A stretch of DNA of 61,651 nucleotides, counting the filler. It is 4 parts of 4 records of this genome, joined end to end, with 100 filler letters (N's around TTAATTAATTAA, not from the genome) between each part and the next. Parts side by side here need not be neighbours in the genome. Positions count along the whole stretch, not along the records: positions 1 to 29,306 come from SRR2962707_2015; 3 more parts are not named here. The stretch is one strand, 5' to 3'. The position numbers were made by a program, and so were the translations under genes. The notes beneath the pieces were generated by a model that saw only the letters and a list, made by a program, of their open reading frames with translations, ran no database searches and had not been told where the DNA came from. Shown here one piece after another: positions 1-9,247 of the stretch. Each line of letters begins with the position of its first letter. Within the stretch, counting starts at the first letter, position 1.

Positions 1-63
1 GCCGCTCTTAGCGACTACACTGCCTTGGGTGGACAGCTGACAGTGTTCGCACTGCCGAACTGA
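1..63 (+). CDS. xoxF: 3' end of XoxF-type lanthanide-dependent PQQ methanol dehydrogenase (partial)
   Basis: Frame 1 reads AALSDYTALGGQLTVFALPN-stop, matching the XoxF C-terminus (Y-T-A-L-G-G-x-L-x-V-F-x-L-P); followed by cytochrome c, xoxJ and rhodanese as in Rhodobacteraceae xox operons. The lanthanide-binding Asp is outside the window. Confidence 0.8.
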   Translation, partial: AALSDYTALGGQLTVFALPN

Positions 64-83
64 TACACCAAAACCACTAGATG

Positions 84-105
84 GGCGCGGCCTTGCGGTC
101 GCGCC
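84..105 (+). terminator. GC-rich stem-loop between xoxF and the cytochrome gene (mRNA stabiliser or leaky terminator)
   Basis: GGCGCGGCC-ttgc-GGTCGCGCC inverted repeat; no U tract. Confidence 0.5.
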
Positions 106-114
106 TGCATCAAA

Positions 115-648
115 ATGAAAAAGGCGAGACGAATGAACACCACAGGAAGATTGTTGGCCTTGTTCCTTGCAGCAGGCATATCGCAAACCGCCATTGCTCA
201 GGACATCGACAACCTGACAGCCGCCTATAACGAGGACGGCAAGTATTTTACCGAAGATGATGTGCCGACGTACAACGTTCAGGAAGATGGAACCATTGAT
301 TGGCCCAGCTATTCTGGCTTTCGTCGCTATCATTCCGAATGCCATGTCTGCCATGGACCAGAGGGCGAAGGGTCTTCCTATGCCCCGGCGCTTAAGAAGT
401 CCGCCATCGACATGGATTACTATGATTTTGTGGATGTCGTCGTGAATGGACGCACGCGCGTTGGTGCTGCGGAAAATTCGGTGATGCCATCCTTTGGGAA
501 CAACCCAAATGTGATGTGCTATCTTGATGATATCTATGTTTACCTAAAGGCACGCGGTGCCGAGACGATACCGCGCGGTCGACCCCGCAAGAAAGAATCC
601 AAACATGAAGCCATTCGCGAAGCCGAAAATGTGTGCTTGGGGACATAG
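115..648 (+). CDS. xoxG: Periplasmic c-type cytochrome, methanol-metabolism related (XoxG/cytochrome c553i-like)
   Basis: Signal peptide, CHVCH heme motif, MPSFG axial Met region, two extra Cys; directly after xoxF; start may be ATG 133. Confidence 0.85.
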   Translation: MKKARRMNTTGRLLALFLAAGISQTAIAQDIDNLTAAYNEDGKYFTEDDVPTYNVQEDGTIDWPSYSGFRRYHSECHVCHGPEGEGSSYAPALKKSAIDMDYYDFVDVVVNGRTRVGAAENSVMPSFGNNPNVMCYLDDIYVYLKARGAETIPRGRPRKKESKHEAIREAENVCLGT

Positions 649-1474
649 GTTTTTAGCCCTGTTGGTGACCCTTATCATGGGGGTCACTTTTGCAGGTGTG
701 GGACAGGCGCAAACGTCTGATCTGGTGTCCGGCAACGCATTGCGCGTGTGTGCGGACCCTGCGAATTACCCCATGTCGGCCAAAGACGAGTCAGGCTTTG
801 AAAACGATCTGGCCAAACTGGTCGCCGATAAACTGGGCCTGCCGCTGCAATATACATGGTACCCGATGGCGACGGGGTTCATCCGTAACTCGCTGGGGGC
901 CAAGAAATGTGATCTGGTGATTGCCTATGCACAGGGTCACGAGCTGGTCCTGAATACCAATCACTATTTCACATCCGTTTACGTTCTGATCGTACCCAAA
1001 GACGGTGATTTGGCGGGGGTGGAAACGCTGTCAGATCCGGCGCTAAAGGGGCGGCGTATTGGCGTTATTGCGGGTACACCGCCGTCCGCGCATATGGCGC
1101 GCAACGGTTTGATCGGCAAAGCCAAACCCTATAATCTGGTGGTTGATCGCCGTCACGAAAGCCCCGCCGAAGACATGCTATCAGATTTGGAGAACGGCGA
1201 TATTGATGCGGCGATCCTGTGGGGGCCATTGGGCGGGCCGCTTGTCCATACGGATCACCCCGATTTCAAGCTGGTTCCATTGATCAAAGAGCAACTGCCG
1301 CCCCGTTTGTTTTACCGGATTACCATGGGTGTCCGTCAGGGCGAGAAAGTCTGGCAGCGCAAGCTCAATTCGCTGATCCGGCGCAATCAGGACGAAATCA
1401 ACGCGTTGCTTCATAACGCCGGGGTGCCATTGGTGAACGATCTTGGGACGGAGGTTCTGGAGGTTTCGAATTGA
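629..1474 (+). CDS. xoxJ: Quinoprotein dehydrogenase-associated substrate-binding protein (XoxJ/MxaJ family)
   Basis: LRVCADPANYPMS, GFENDLA and CDLVI motifs typical of MxaJ/XoxJ; start moved to ATG 629 (signal peptide follows). Confidence 0.88.
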   Translation: MCAWGHRFLALLVTLIMGVTFAGVGQAQTSDLVSGNALRVCADPANYPMSAKDESGFENDLAKLVADKLGLPLQYTWYPMATGFIRNSLGAKKCDLVIAYAQGHELVLNTNHYFTSVYVLIVPKDGDLAGVETLSDPALKGRRIGVIAGTPPSAHMARNGLIGKAKPYNLVVDRRHESPAEDMLSDLENGDIDAAILWGPLGGPLVHTDHPDFKLVPLIKEQLPPRLFYRITMGVRQGEKVWQRKLNSLIRRNQDEINALLHNAGVPLVNDLGTEVLEVSN

Positions 1475-2028
1475 AACGGTTTCTAGCAATCGCAATGCTT
1501 TCAATCTTGCCTCAGACCGGCGTGGTGGCGCAGCCGGTGCCGGAACCTTCAGACTACCGCATGGACCACTATCGAAGCCCGGTACCCAGTGTGCTGTCCG
1601 GCGGAACGGTCGTCGGCCCGGAAGAAGCATATGATATATGGCGCGCGGGCAAGGCTGCCTTTGTAGATGTGTTGCCGCAACCGCCTAAGCCGAACAACCT
1701 GCCCAAAGGCACGATCTGGCGCGATAAACCGCGTCATTCGATCCCCGGCGCAATCTGGCTGCCAAATGTTGGATACGGTGCCATTGCCGATGTGACCGCG
1801 CAGTACTTTCGCACAGGATTGGACAGCGTGGCACAGGGCGACACGGCGCATCCGGTTGTTTTCTTTTGCCTCGAAGATTGCTGGATGAGCTGGAACGCCG
1901 CCAAACGTGCCATCGAATGGGGATATACATCGGTCTATTGGCTGCCCGAAGGCACCGATGGCTGGGCATTATGGGGCTATCCGCTTGAACAGGTCACCCC
2001 TGCACCGGGTCAACCGCAAACGCAGTGA
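1471..2028 (+). CDS. PQQ-catabolism-associated rhodanese-like CXXCW protein (XoxI-like)
   Basis: SIPGAIWLPN and FFCLEDCWMSWNAAKRA motifs; signal peptide; overlaps xoxJ stop. Confidence 0.85.
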   Translation: MKRFLAIAMLSILPQTGVVAQPVPEPSDYRMDHYRSPVPSVLSGGTVVGPEEAYDIWRAGKAAFVDVLPQPPKPNNLPKGTIWRDKPRHSIPGAIWLPNVGYGAIADVTAQYFRTGLDSVAQGDTAHPVVFFCLEDCWMSWNAAKRAIEWGYTSVYWLPEGTDGWALWGYPLEQVTPAPGQPQTQ

Positions 2029-2841
2029 TCAGAAACCGGCAAGATCCTTATGCACGGTACTGATGGTGCCGTCCGTGTCGGTCATTGTGACATCAACAGA
2101 TCGGGTGCTTTGCGGGACGGCCAACCCGACACGCGGATTTTCCGACAACGAGATCGATCCCGTCATGTCCACGAACCCCGCACCATCCAGATCAATCTCG
2201 ACCTTATCAACATAGCGCATGGGTATGAACAAAAGAGATATTTGATCCATCTGCATGCCAGACAGCGACGGGTGCGAAATATCCACATCCATCCGGCTTA
2301 ACCGCGACGCAAGGCTGGTCAGCGCACCACTGGCCAGCCCCGGTTTTTTGTTCGTGACGCTGATGTTCATCTGCCCCAGCGTCGCAAGGGCAAGTTCGGG
2401 ATCGGTGCCGGGTGGGGCCGCGCAGGCCCCCGTGCCGGACGTCTTCACAAAGGTTTCTGTGACAAACAGCCGACCGTCTGTGGTCTCTGCAATCACATGC
2501 AGGGGGGTCGGCCCGTTCACGCGCATGGTGATGTCAAAATAGAAACTTGGCTGGGGTGTATTCAGCGCGAAAACAGCCGAAACCGGCATGGGGTTTTCAT
2601 CCAGAACCACGGTGATCTTGCCAAGGTTCACACCCTGCGGTGCCACAATTTGTGCCGCCAAATTCGTACGCGCATCGTCAGCCGTGCGGTAGGGCGCATC
2701 AATCGCAATGAACTGCGCGCCGTCCAGCATTGTGCGTTCGCCATAAAGCTGGGTCTTGACCGCATCCCACGATTCACCACTGGCAAAGACGGGCAGCGCG
2801 GTCGCGCAGATCAAGGCGGCGGTTAACGCAATTCGTTTCAT
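2029..2841 (-). CDS. Quinoprotein dehydrogenase-associated fused SoxYZ-like carrier protein
   Basis: APYRTADDA, LDENPMPVSA, KTSGTGACAAPP (SoxY-like Cys arm), HPSLSGMQMDQ and ISLSENP (SoxZ-like); start MKRIAL at 2841. Confidence 0.85.
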   Translation of the reverse strand: MKRIALTAALICATALPVFASGESWDAVKTQLYGERTMLDGAQFIAIDAPYRTADDARTNLAAQIVAPQGVNLGKITVVLDENPMPVSAVFALNTPQPSFYFDITMRVNGPTPLHVIAETTDGRLFVTETFVKTSGTGACAAPPGTDPELALATLGQMNISVTNKKPGLASGALTSLASRLSRMDVDISHPSLSGMQMDQISLLFIPMRYVDKVEIDLDGAGFVDMTGSISLSENPRVGLAVPQSTRSVDVTMTDTDGTISTVHKDLAGF

Positions 2842-3809
2842 TTGAAGTCCCTCTGAACAAACTCCCCGAAAGCGCGGGGACCATCGCAGGTCTCGATCTC
2901 TTTTATCACAGAAAGCGTAACTGCGTCGAATATTGTCACTGAATTGTCGAACCAATTGGCGACAATGATGGATTGGTTGTCGGTGCTTGTGTCGATACCT
3001 TCGGGGTATTCACCGGATGGCAGGGTGGCGACGGTCTGGAACGTGCTGGTATCAACGACGCTGACCGTGTCGGCATATTGATTGGTGACAAAGGCCCTAC
3101 CTTGGGCAAAGGCGACGCCATAGGGGCGTTCCCCCACGGCAAACGTCGCGACTGTTTTGTCCATCTGCGGGCCAATAACCGTGACATCATTGCTGCCGAC
3201 ATTCGCCACAAATAACCGGCCATCCGGCGCAAACCGAAGACCGAACGGGCGGCTTCCTACATCAATGCGGCGATGCAGGGTCAGGTTACCCGCGTCAAAG
3301 ATCGATACTTGATCCGCGTCCCTGTCTGTCGAAGCAAGAAAGCGACCATCGTCTGACAGGGCCAGTCCGGCAGGGGCCGCACCTGTCGACAAGTCACCCA
3401 AATGCGTTAGATCGTGTTCTGCCAGAACCCAGATCCGCGCGTTGTACCAATCCGAGACAAACAGCCGCCCGCGCGCCCGATCATGTGCGATACCAATCGG
3501 CCCGCCCCCAAGCTGGATTTCGGCTGTGACCTTGCCCGTCGCAGCAGCATGACGCCGCACGGTTTTACTATCGGGTGCGACGGTGAAAACATCGCCGCCC
3601 GCCACCGCAACGCCCGCAGGTTTTCCGGGCACCGACCATCGTGAGATTTCCGTGCCAGCGTCCAGGTCAAGCACGCTGACACCATCGCCGTTCTGGCAGG
3701 TCACAAAGGCCAGATCACCCGCGGTTGTCGGCGCTGCAACAAGGGCCAAACCCATTGCTGCAACAACCAACCTAACTGGCAGGCGCACCGAACTTCTCGA
3801 CCAGGGCAT
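2838..3809 (-). CDS. YVTN/YncE beta-propeller protein
   Basis: Repeated V-G-x-x-P-x-G-(I/V/L)-A, FVAN and FVTN blades; signal peptide; start uncertain. Confidence 0.85.
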   Translation of the reverse strand: MPWSRSSVRLPVRLVVAAMGLALVAAPTTAGDLAFVTCQNGDGVSVLDLDAGTEISRWSVPGKPAGVAVAGGDVFTVAPDSKTVRRHAAATGKVTAEIQLGGGPIGIAHDRARGRLFVSDWYNARIWVLAEHDLTHLGDLSTGAAPAGLALSDDGRFLASTDRDADQVSIFDAGNLTLHRRIDVGSRPFGLRFAPDGRLFVANVGSNDVTVIGPQMDKTVATFAVGERPYGVAFAQGRAFVTNQYADTVSVVDTSTFQTVATLPSGEYPEGIDTSTDNQSIIVANWFDNSVTIFDAVTLSVIKEIETCDGPRAFGEFVQRDFK

Positions 3810-4317
3810 CCAGGCCGGTTTGATACACACCGGTCACGGCTGCAATTGCTGCCGCATCGCTCAGGTTTTCGGGCGGATCGTTATTGGGGTAACCGCGATA
3901 GAATGCGCCGCGCCATTCGATCAGCGACCCGCCCCCGTCGCGGGGTTTGACCGTCAGGTGCGACGAATAATTCGTGACCGGCAGAACCTCCACCAAGACA
4001 TCGGTGATCCGGTAGGAATAGCTCATCTTTTCGGCGCTGTATTTGTACAGGACTTCCGAAATCGTCGGGTCGCCTGTCGCGGCTAGTGTCAGCACGCGGG
4101 TGGCATCAACGTCATTGCCGTTTTCCCCGACCGACGACCGAACCGCTGGATGCCAGGACATGTCCTGAAAATTCCCGACAGTGGCCCAGACGGTGGCGGG
4201 GTCTGCGGCGACCTCGGCGGTTATGGTGACCTTTTGCCGTGTGGGGCCGTGGGCCTGTGCCACGACGGGCAGCATTGATGCCGCCGCCAAAATCATCAAG
4301 AATTTCCGCTTTTGCAT
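3772..4317 (-). CDS. mxaD: SRPBCC family periplasmic protein, MxaD-like
   Basis: Signal peptide then HGPTRQKV, WHPAV, LPVTNYSS, FYRGYPNNDPP; strong RBS upstream. Confidence 0.75.
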   Translation of the reverse strand: MQKRKFLMILAAASMLPVVAQAHGPTRQKVTITAEVAADPATVWATVGNFQDMSWHPAVRSSVGENGNDVDATRVLTLAATGDPTISEVLYKYSAEKMSYSYRITDVLVEVLPVTNYSSHLTVKPRDGGGSLIEWRGAFYRGYPNNDPPENLSDAAAIAAVTGVYQTGLDALVEKFGAPAS

Positions 4318-4576
4318 TACTTCTCCTCCACAAAAAAGCTGTTCTTCGGACGATAGCGCATGTCGCGCGTCTGTATGCCCACCGTCGTCGCCAAAGGGGG
4401 ATGAAAACATAAAGCCAGCCGCATAACACCGTTCTTAAAAAATAAGAGTCGAGCTCTATCGTGGCCCTGTTAGGCTGATTGTCACAACCCGGCCAAAAGT
4501 ATTGGTTCACGCGCCCCTGCAATCAGTGCGTAGTGCAAGAACCCAACACCTAAGGTCGGGGAGGGAGGTCTTTGTT

Positions 4577-5761
4577 TTGAAACTTCACACGCTGTTCGCA
4601 GCAGCAGTTGCCCTATTTCTATCGACCGAAGCGGCAATCGCCGTTGAGGTAAAAGCCGCGGTGCTGCGCATAGATTACCCCAGTTTACTGCCCATCAGCC
4701 GCTATGATTTGCGGCCGTCGGATATCGGTTTGGCCGGGGCTGTTTTGGCGGATGAGGACAACGGCACCACGGGCAGTTTTCTGGGACATACATATAAAAC
4801 TACGACGCGCGCCGTGCCCCCCGCAGAGGCCGACAGCGCGTTAGAGGATATGCTGACCGATGGCATCCGGCTGATCGTGATCGCAGCGCGCAAAGATGAT
4901 CTGCTGCGGCTCACGGACAGGGCCGCGCAAAACGGGGCGCTGGTGTTCAACGCGACCACGCCCGACAATGATTTGCGCAGCGAGGGGTGCCGCGCCAATC
5001 TGCTGCATGTTGCCCCGTCGCATGGCATGATGGCAGATACTGTGGCGCAGTTCGCCGTCTGGAAAAAATGGCGTAACTGGTTCCTGATTTCAGGATCAAA
5101 CCCGCAAGATATCGCACTGGCAGATGCCTATCGCAAAGCCGCGCGCAAGTTCGGGGCCAAGATCACCGAAGAACGTTCCTTTGAGGATACCGGCGGGTCG
5201 CGGCGCACGGATTCCGGCCATGTGTTGGTGCAACGGCAATTGCCCGCCTTTACCCAAGGTGCCGCAGAACATGACGCCGTGATTGCCGCCGATGAAACAG
5301 ATTATTTTGCACGCTACCTAAGCTATCATTTGTGGACACCGCGCCCGGTTTTAGGGTCTGGCGGGCTGGTCCCCGTAACATTTCACGGTGCGCACGAGGC
5401 ATGGGGTGCCACGCAGTTCCACACCCGGTTCGAGGGCCTGACCGGACGTTATATCAAACCCGAGGATTACAATGTCTGGCTGGCCCTGCGGATCATCGGA
5501 GAGGCGGTAACCCGCACCTCAAGCGCTGACCCGAAAGCCATACGCGATTACGCGATCTCGGACGAGTTCGAGTTGGCTGCATTCAAGGGGCAAAAAGTGA
5601 CCTTTCGCGATTGGAATGGTCAATTGCGTCAGCCGATCCTTTTGTATGATGGGTCCATTACCGTCAGTGTCAGCCCACAAGAAGGGTTCCTGCACCAGAC
5701 CTCGCCGCTTGATACGTTGGGTCTGGACCGCCCTGAATCCGCCTGCACCGCATTTAATTAA
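4577..5761 (+). CDS. ABC substrate-binding protein of the PQQ-dependent alcohol dehydrogenase system (LutA-like)
   Basis: DNGTTGSFLG, CRANLLH, HEAWGATQ, FKGQKVTFRDWNGQLRQPIL, LDTLGLDRPESAC; TTG start after GGAGG. Confidence 0.85.
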   Translation: MKLHTLFAAAVALFLSTEAAIAVEVKAAVLRIDYPSLLPISRYDLRPSDIGLAGAVLADEDNGTTGSFLGHTYKTTTRAVPPAEADSALEDMLTDGIRLIVIAARKDDLLRLTDRAAQNGALVFNATTPDNDLRSEGCRANLLHVAPSHGMMADTVAQFAVWKKWRNWFLISGSNPQDIALADAYRKAARKFGAKITEERSFEDTGGSRRTDSGHVLVQRQLPAFTQGAAEHDAVIAADETDYFARYLSYHLWTPRPVLGSGGLVPVTFHGAHEAWGATQFHTRFEGLTGRYIKPEDYNVWLALRIIGEAVTRTSSADPKAIRDYAISDEFELAAFKGQKVTFRDWNGQLRQPILLYDGSITVSVSPQEGFLHQTSPLDTLGLDRPESACTAFN

Positions 5762-5773
5762 TTGGAGTTTGCA

Positions 5774-6745
5774 TTGAGACACCATTTTCTAGCCACGGTT
5801 TTGGCCCTTCTGCCCGCCTTTCCTGTGATGGCAGACAAGGCGTTTGTGTCTAATGAACGCGGCAACACGATCAGCGTCGTGGATACCGCGACATGGGAGG
5901 TCGTCCACGAATTTTTCGCGGGAAACAGACCGCGCGGGATCACGGCCAGCCCTGATGGGACCAAGATTTACGTCTGTGCCTCTGACGACAGTCTGGTGCG
6001 GGTGTTTGATGCAAACACCTATGAGGAACTGCCAAGCCTGCCCTCTGGCCCCGACCCTGAATTGTTCGTGCTCGAGCAAAGCGGCAAGCGGCTTTATATT
6101 GCGAACGAGGACGACAATCTGGTGACGGTGACAGACACCGACACCCGTACCGTGATCGCCGAAGTTCCTGTCGGGGTGGAGCCCGAAGGCATGGGGCTAA
6201 GCCCAGATGGTAAATTTGTGGTCAACACATCCGAGACCACCAATATGGCGCATTTCATTTCGACGGATGATTACAAGATCAAACATAATGTGCTGGTCGA
6301 TCAGCGCCCTCGCTATGCGCAATATTCGGGTGACGGGAAACTGCTTTTCGTCACCTCTGAAATCGGCGGCACGGTGACGGTGATGGATATCGCCGAGGAT
6401 GGAACACCAACGGTTAAGGGCAAGATCACCTTTGAGGTTGCTGGCGTTCAGGACGAGTGGCTGCAACCCGTTGGCGCGCGGGTGACGTTTGACGGAACCC
6501 GTTTGTTTGTGGCTTTGGGGCCTGCAAACAGGGTGGCTGTGGTTGACGTCAAAACCCTTGAGGTGCTGGATTATATTTTGGTGGGTCAACGGGTTTGGCA
6601 GCTTGGGTTTACGCCGGACGAAAAATATCTGCTGACCACCAACGGCAATTCCAACGATATTACCGTGATTGATGTCGCCAAGGAAAAAGCGATCAAATCA
6701 GTGCAAGTGGGCCAGCAGCCTTGGGGTGTTGTCGTCGTGAGATGA
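5774..6745 (+). CDS. PQQ-catabolism-associated YVTN beta-propeller (LutB/PedA1-like)
   Basis: FVSNER, RPRGI, LPSGPDPELF, ANEDDN, GVEPEGM, NTSETTNMAHFI, VGQRVWQL motifs. Confidence 0.88.
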   Translation: MRHHFLATVLALLPAFPVMADKAFVSNERGNTISVVDTATWEVVHEFFAGNRPRGITASPDGTKIYVCASDDSLVRVFDANTYEELPSLPSGPDPELFVLEQSGKRLYIANEDDNLVTVTDTDTRTVIAEVPVGVEPEGMGLSPDGKFVVNTSETTNMAHFISTDDYKIKHNVLVDQRPRYAQYSGDGKLLFVTSEIGGTVTVMDIAEDGTPTVKGKITFEVAGVQDEWLQPVGARVTFDGTRLFVALGPANRVAVVDVKTLEVLDYILVGQRVWQLGFTPDEKYLLTTNGNSNDITVIDVAKEKAIKSVQVGQQPWGVVVVR

Positions 6746-6786
6746 CCCGACAAACGGATGCAGATGCCAAAATTAAGGGAAAACAG

Positions 6787-7227
6787 ATGATGAAAAAAGA
6801 AATGATGGCTGCGGCTTTTGCAGCATTGGCGGGGCCGGCGATATCAGCGCCGCTTTGCGATGACATGGGGTTTGCCGGGCTTTTGGCGAAATGCAATCGG
6901 GGCGAAACGATCAACCTGTTGCTCGCCTCTGGGCAACCGTTAGGGCAAGACGTCCAACTGCAATCGGGGGCGTATTACAAGCTAGAGATCACGGCAGACG
7001 GGTCCGCTGAACTTGCCGTTGAAGGGCCCAGCTTTTTCCGCGCGATCTGGATGAACGAGATCGTAATCAACAAGATCGAAATTCGACCGATGGCCATCGA
7101 CAGTATCGAATTCGACAAGGCAGGCACGGTCGAGTTGTCCTTTATCGCCATTCAACCCGGAAACCATGTTTTGCGCATTCCCGGCAGTACCGGGGACAGC
7201 CAATCCGTAACTATTTCAATTCAATGA
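6787..7227 (+). CDS. Exported hypothetical protein, possible cupredoxin-like fold
   Basis: Signal peptide; LQSGAYYKLEI, FFRAIW, ELSFIAIQPG pattern; no His/Cys/Met copper site visible. Confidence 0.55.
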   Translation: MMKKEMMAAAFAALAGPAISAPLCDDMGFAGLLAKCNRGETINLLLASGQPLGQDVQLQSGAYYKLEITADGSAELAVEGPSFFRAIWMNEIVINKIEIRPMAIDSIEFDKAGTVELSFIAIQPGNHVLRIPGSTGDSQSVTISIQ

Positions 7228-7241
7228 TAACCTTGGAGGAT

Positions 7242-7493
7242 ATGATGAAAAAACTTGTTTTGATGATCGCTATTTGTGTCGCGGGGCCGGCGCTGGCCAG
7301 TGACGAGGTTGACGCCGAAACCGTCCAAAAGATCGAGGCGTATCTTGCGTCGATTGAGTGCCAGATGGACCCCGATGATATCGAGGTCGAGGATGGTGGT
7401 TATGAATTGGATGATGTGATCTGCAAAGGCGGCCTTCAGTTCGATATCGTGTTGGACAAGGATCTGAACGAGGTTTCCCGCCGCGCAGAATAG
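7242..7493 (+). CDS. Small, very acidic exported PepSY-like protein
   Basis: GGAGGA RBS, signal peptide, IEVEDGGYELD and FDIVLD PepSY-like strands, 2 Cys. Confidence 0.7.
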   Translation: MMKKLVLMIAICVAGPALASDEVDAETVQKIEAYLASIECQMDPDDIEVEDGGYELDDVICKGGLQFDIVLDKDLNEVSRRAE

Positions 7494-7519
7494 GCCCACC
7501 TATCGATAAGGATAAACCC

Positions 7520-8485
7520 ATGCGACTGATCCACTTTGTATGCGCCCTTGTGGGCATGCTGTCAGTACCGGCCTTTGCGCAAGACCTGCCAACCATTCGC
7601 GCTGCTGTCCTCAAGATCGGGACAGTGAATTGGGAGCTGGCAACGATTTCTGCGAACGGGTTGGATCGCAAGCACGGCTTTATTCTTGAGGTGCAGCCCT
7701 TTGCCGACAATGGTGCCACGCGCATCGCGGTCGAGGGGAATGTGGCGGATATGGCCGTGGCTGATTGGGTCTGGGTCGCCCGGCAACGGGCGGCTGGCAA
7801 GGATTACGTCTTTGTACCATATTCGAAAGCCGTGGGCGGGATTGTGGTGCCCCAAAGCAGCAGCGCGACATCGCTCAAGGATCTTATGGGCGGCAAAATC
7901 GGCATTGCCGGGGGCCCGCTTGATAAATCATGGCTCATCCTGCGCGCCTATGCCCAGCAGGCTTACGGCATCGACCTTAAGGCAAAGACAGAGCAGGTTT
8001 TTGGCGCGCCCCCGCTGATCTTCAAGACCGCGATGGGGGGCGAATATGTCGGTGCGATCAACTTTTGGCACTTCCTTGCCAAAAGCAAGGCCGCCGGGAT
8101 GAGAGAGCTTATTTCCGTTCAAGAGGCCGGTAGCGCGCTTGGCCTGGATGCAAACACCCCGCTGTTGGGATACTATATGAAGGACAGTTTTCTGGCGCAG
8201 CATCCCGGGCTGGCCCAGTCGTTTTTCAATGCCAGCCGTGACGCCAAGGATCTGCTTGCCAGCTCTGATACCGCGTGGGATGCCATCCGCCCTATCATGA
8301 ACGCCACCTCTGATGCGCAATTTGACCAGCTCAGGTCCGACTGGATTTCGGGTATTCCTGACCGCGCACCGGTGAACAAGGCAGCTGTCGACAAAATGTT
8401 GACGCTGATGAATACCCTCGGCGGCGCTGAGCTGGTGGGCAAGGCAACGTCGGTGCCCGCTGGCCTGTTCGCCGACGTAAACTGA
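7520..8485 (+). CDS. NitT/TauT-type ABC substrate-binding protein, PqqT-like (putative PQQ binding)
   Basis: GTVNWEL, DWVWVARQR, AGGPLDKSW, GAPPLI, NFWHF motifs recalled from the xox-linked PqqT family. Confidence 0.75.
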   Translation: MRLIHFVCALVGMLSVPAFAQDLPTIRAAVLKIGTVNWELATISANGLDRKHGFILEVQPFADNGATRIAVEGNVADMAVADWVWVARQRAAGKDYVFVPYSKAVGGIVVPQSSSATSLKDLMGGKIGIAGGPLDKSWLILRAYAQQAYGIDLKAKTEQVFGAPPLIFKTAMGGEYVGAINFWHFLAKSKAAGMRELISVQEAGSALGLDANTPLLGYYMKDSFLAQHPGLAQSFFNASRDAKDLLASSDTAWDAIRPIMNATSDAQFDQLRSDWISGIPDRAPVNKAAVDKMLTLMNTLGGAELVGKATSVPAGLFADVN

Positions 8486-8491
8486 CCGACG

Positions 8492-9247
8492 ATGCAAAGC
8501 CCTTACACGCGCCTGACACCGATCTTTTCGATCTTTGGTTTGTTGGCTCTTTGGAGTGTGGCCGCCCTTCTTACCGGTGATGCGCAGGTGCTGCCGCCGC
8601 CGTGGGGGTTGATGGGGCCGTTCCAGCAGGAATTCGCATCGGGTGAACTGATCAGACATTTGGGCGCGACCCTATCGCGCGTGATTTGGGCGTTTTGCCT
8701 TGCGATGATATTGGGCGTGTCGCTGGGCCTTGCGATGGGCCGTTCCGCAAGGCTGAATGCCTGGCTGGACCCGTGGTTGGTGATCTTTCTGAATTTGCCT
8801 GCGCTGGTGCTGATCGTGCTGTGCTATCTGTGGATCGGCCTGACCGAAGCGGCCGCAATCATCGCCGTCACCCTGAACAAGGTGCCAAATGTCGCCGTTG
8901 TGTTGCGCGAGGGCGCGCGCGCATGTGATCCGGCGCTTGATGCATTGGGCCAAGTGTACCGGATGCCGTGGCGGACCCGCATGCGCCATGTGTTATTTCC
9001 GCAGCTTGCACCGTTTATTGCCGCTGCCGCACGGTCGGGCGTGGCGGTCATCTGGAAAATCGTGCTTGTGGTTGAATTTCTGGGCCGCTCATCCGGTGTG
9101 GGTTTTCAGATCCACCTTTATTTTCAACTGTTCGATGTCGCGATGGTGCTGGTTTACGCGCTTTCTTTCATCGGCGTGATGCTGGTGGTCGAATGGCTGA
9201 TCTTGCAACCGCTTGAACGGCACGTCAGCAGATGGCGGCGCGCATGA
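8492..9247 (+). CDS. ABC transporter permease (TauC/SsuC type)
   Basis: Several TM segments, LREGARACD loop, WKIVLVVEFLG. Confidence 0.9.
   Translation: MQSPYTRLTPIFSIFGLLALWSVAALLTGDAQVLPPPWGLMGPFQQEFASGELIRHLGATLSRVIWAFCLAMILGVSLGLAMGRSARLNAWLDPWLVIFLNLPALVLIVLCYLWIGLTEAAAIIAVTLNKVPNVAVVLREGARACDPALDALGQVYRMPWRTRMRHVLFPQLAPFIAAAARSGVAVIWKIVLVVEFLGRSSGVGFQIHLYFQLFDVAMVLVYALSFIGVMLVVEWLILQPLERHVSRWRRA

Noticed and set aside
2029-2841. Sox thiosulfate oxidation pathway
   Set aside because: No soxABCDX nearby; the fused SoxYZ-like family is associated with quinoprotein dehydrogenases
4391-4559. CC(A/T)AA(A/G)G(T/G) motif three times in the divergent mxaD/lutA-like promoter
   Set aside because: Short and degenerate; cannot be told from chance by eye
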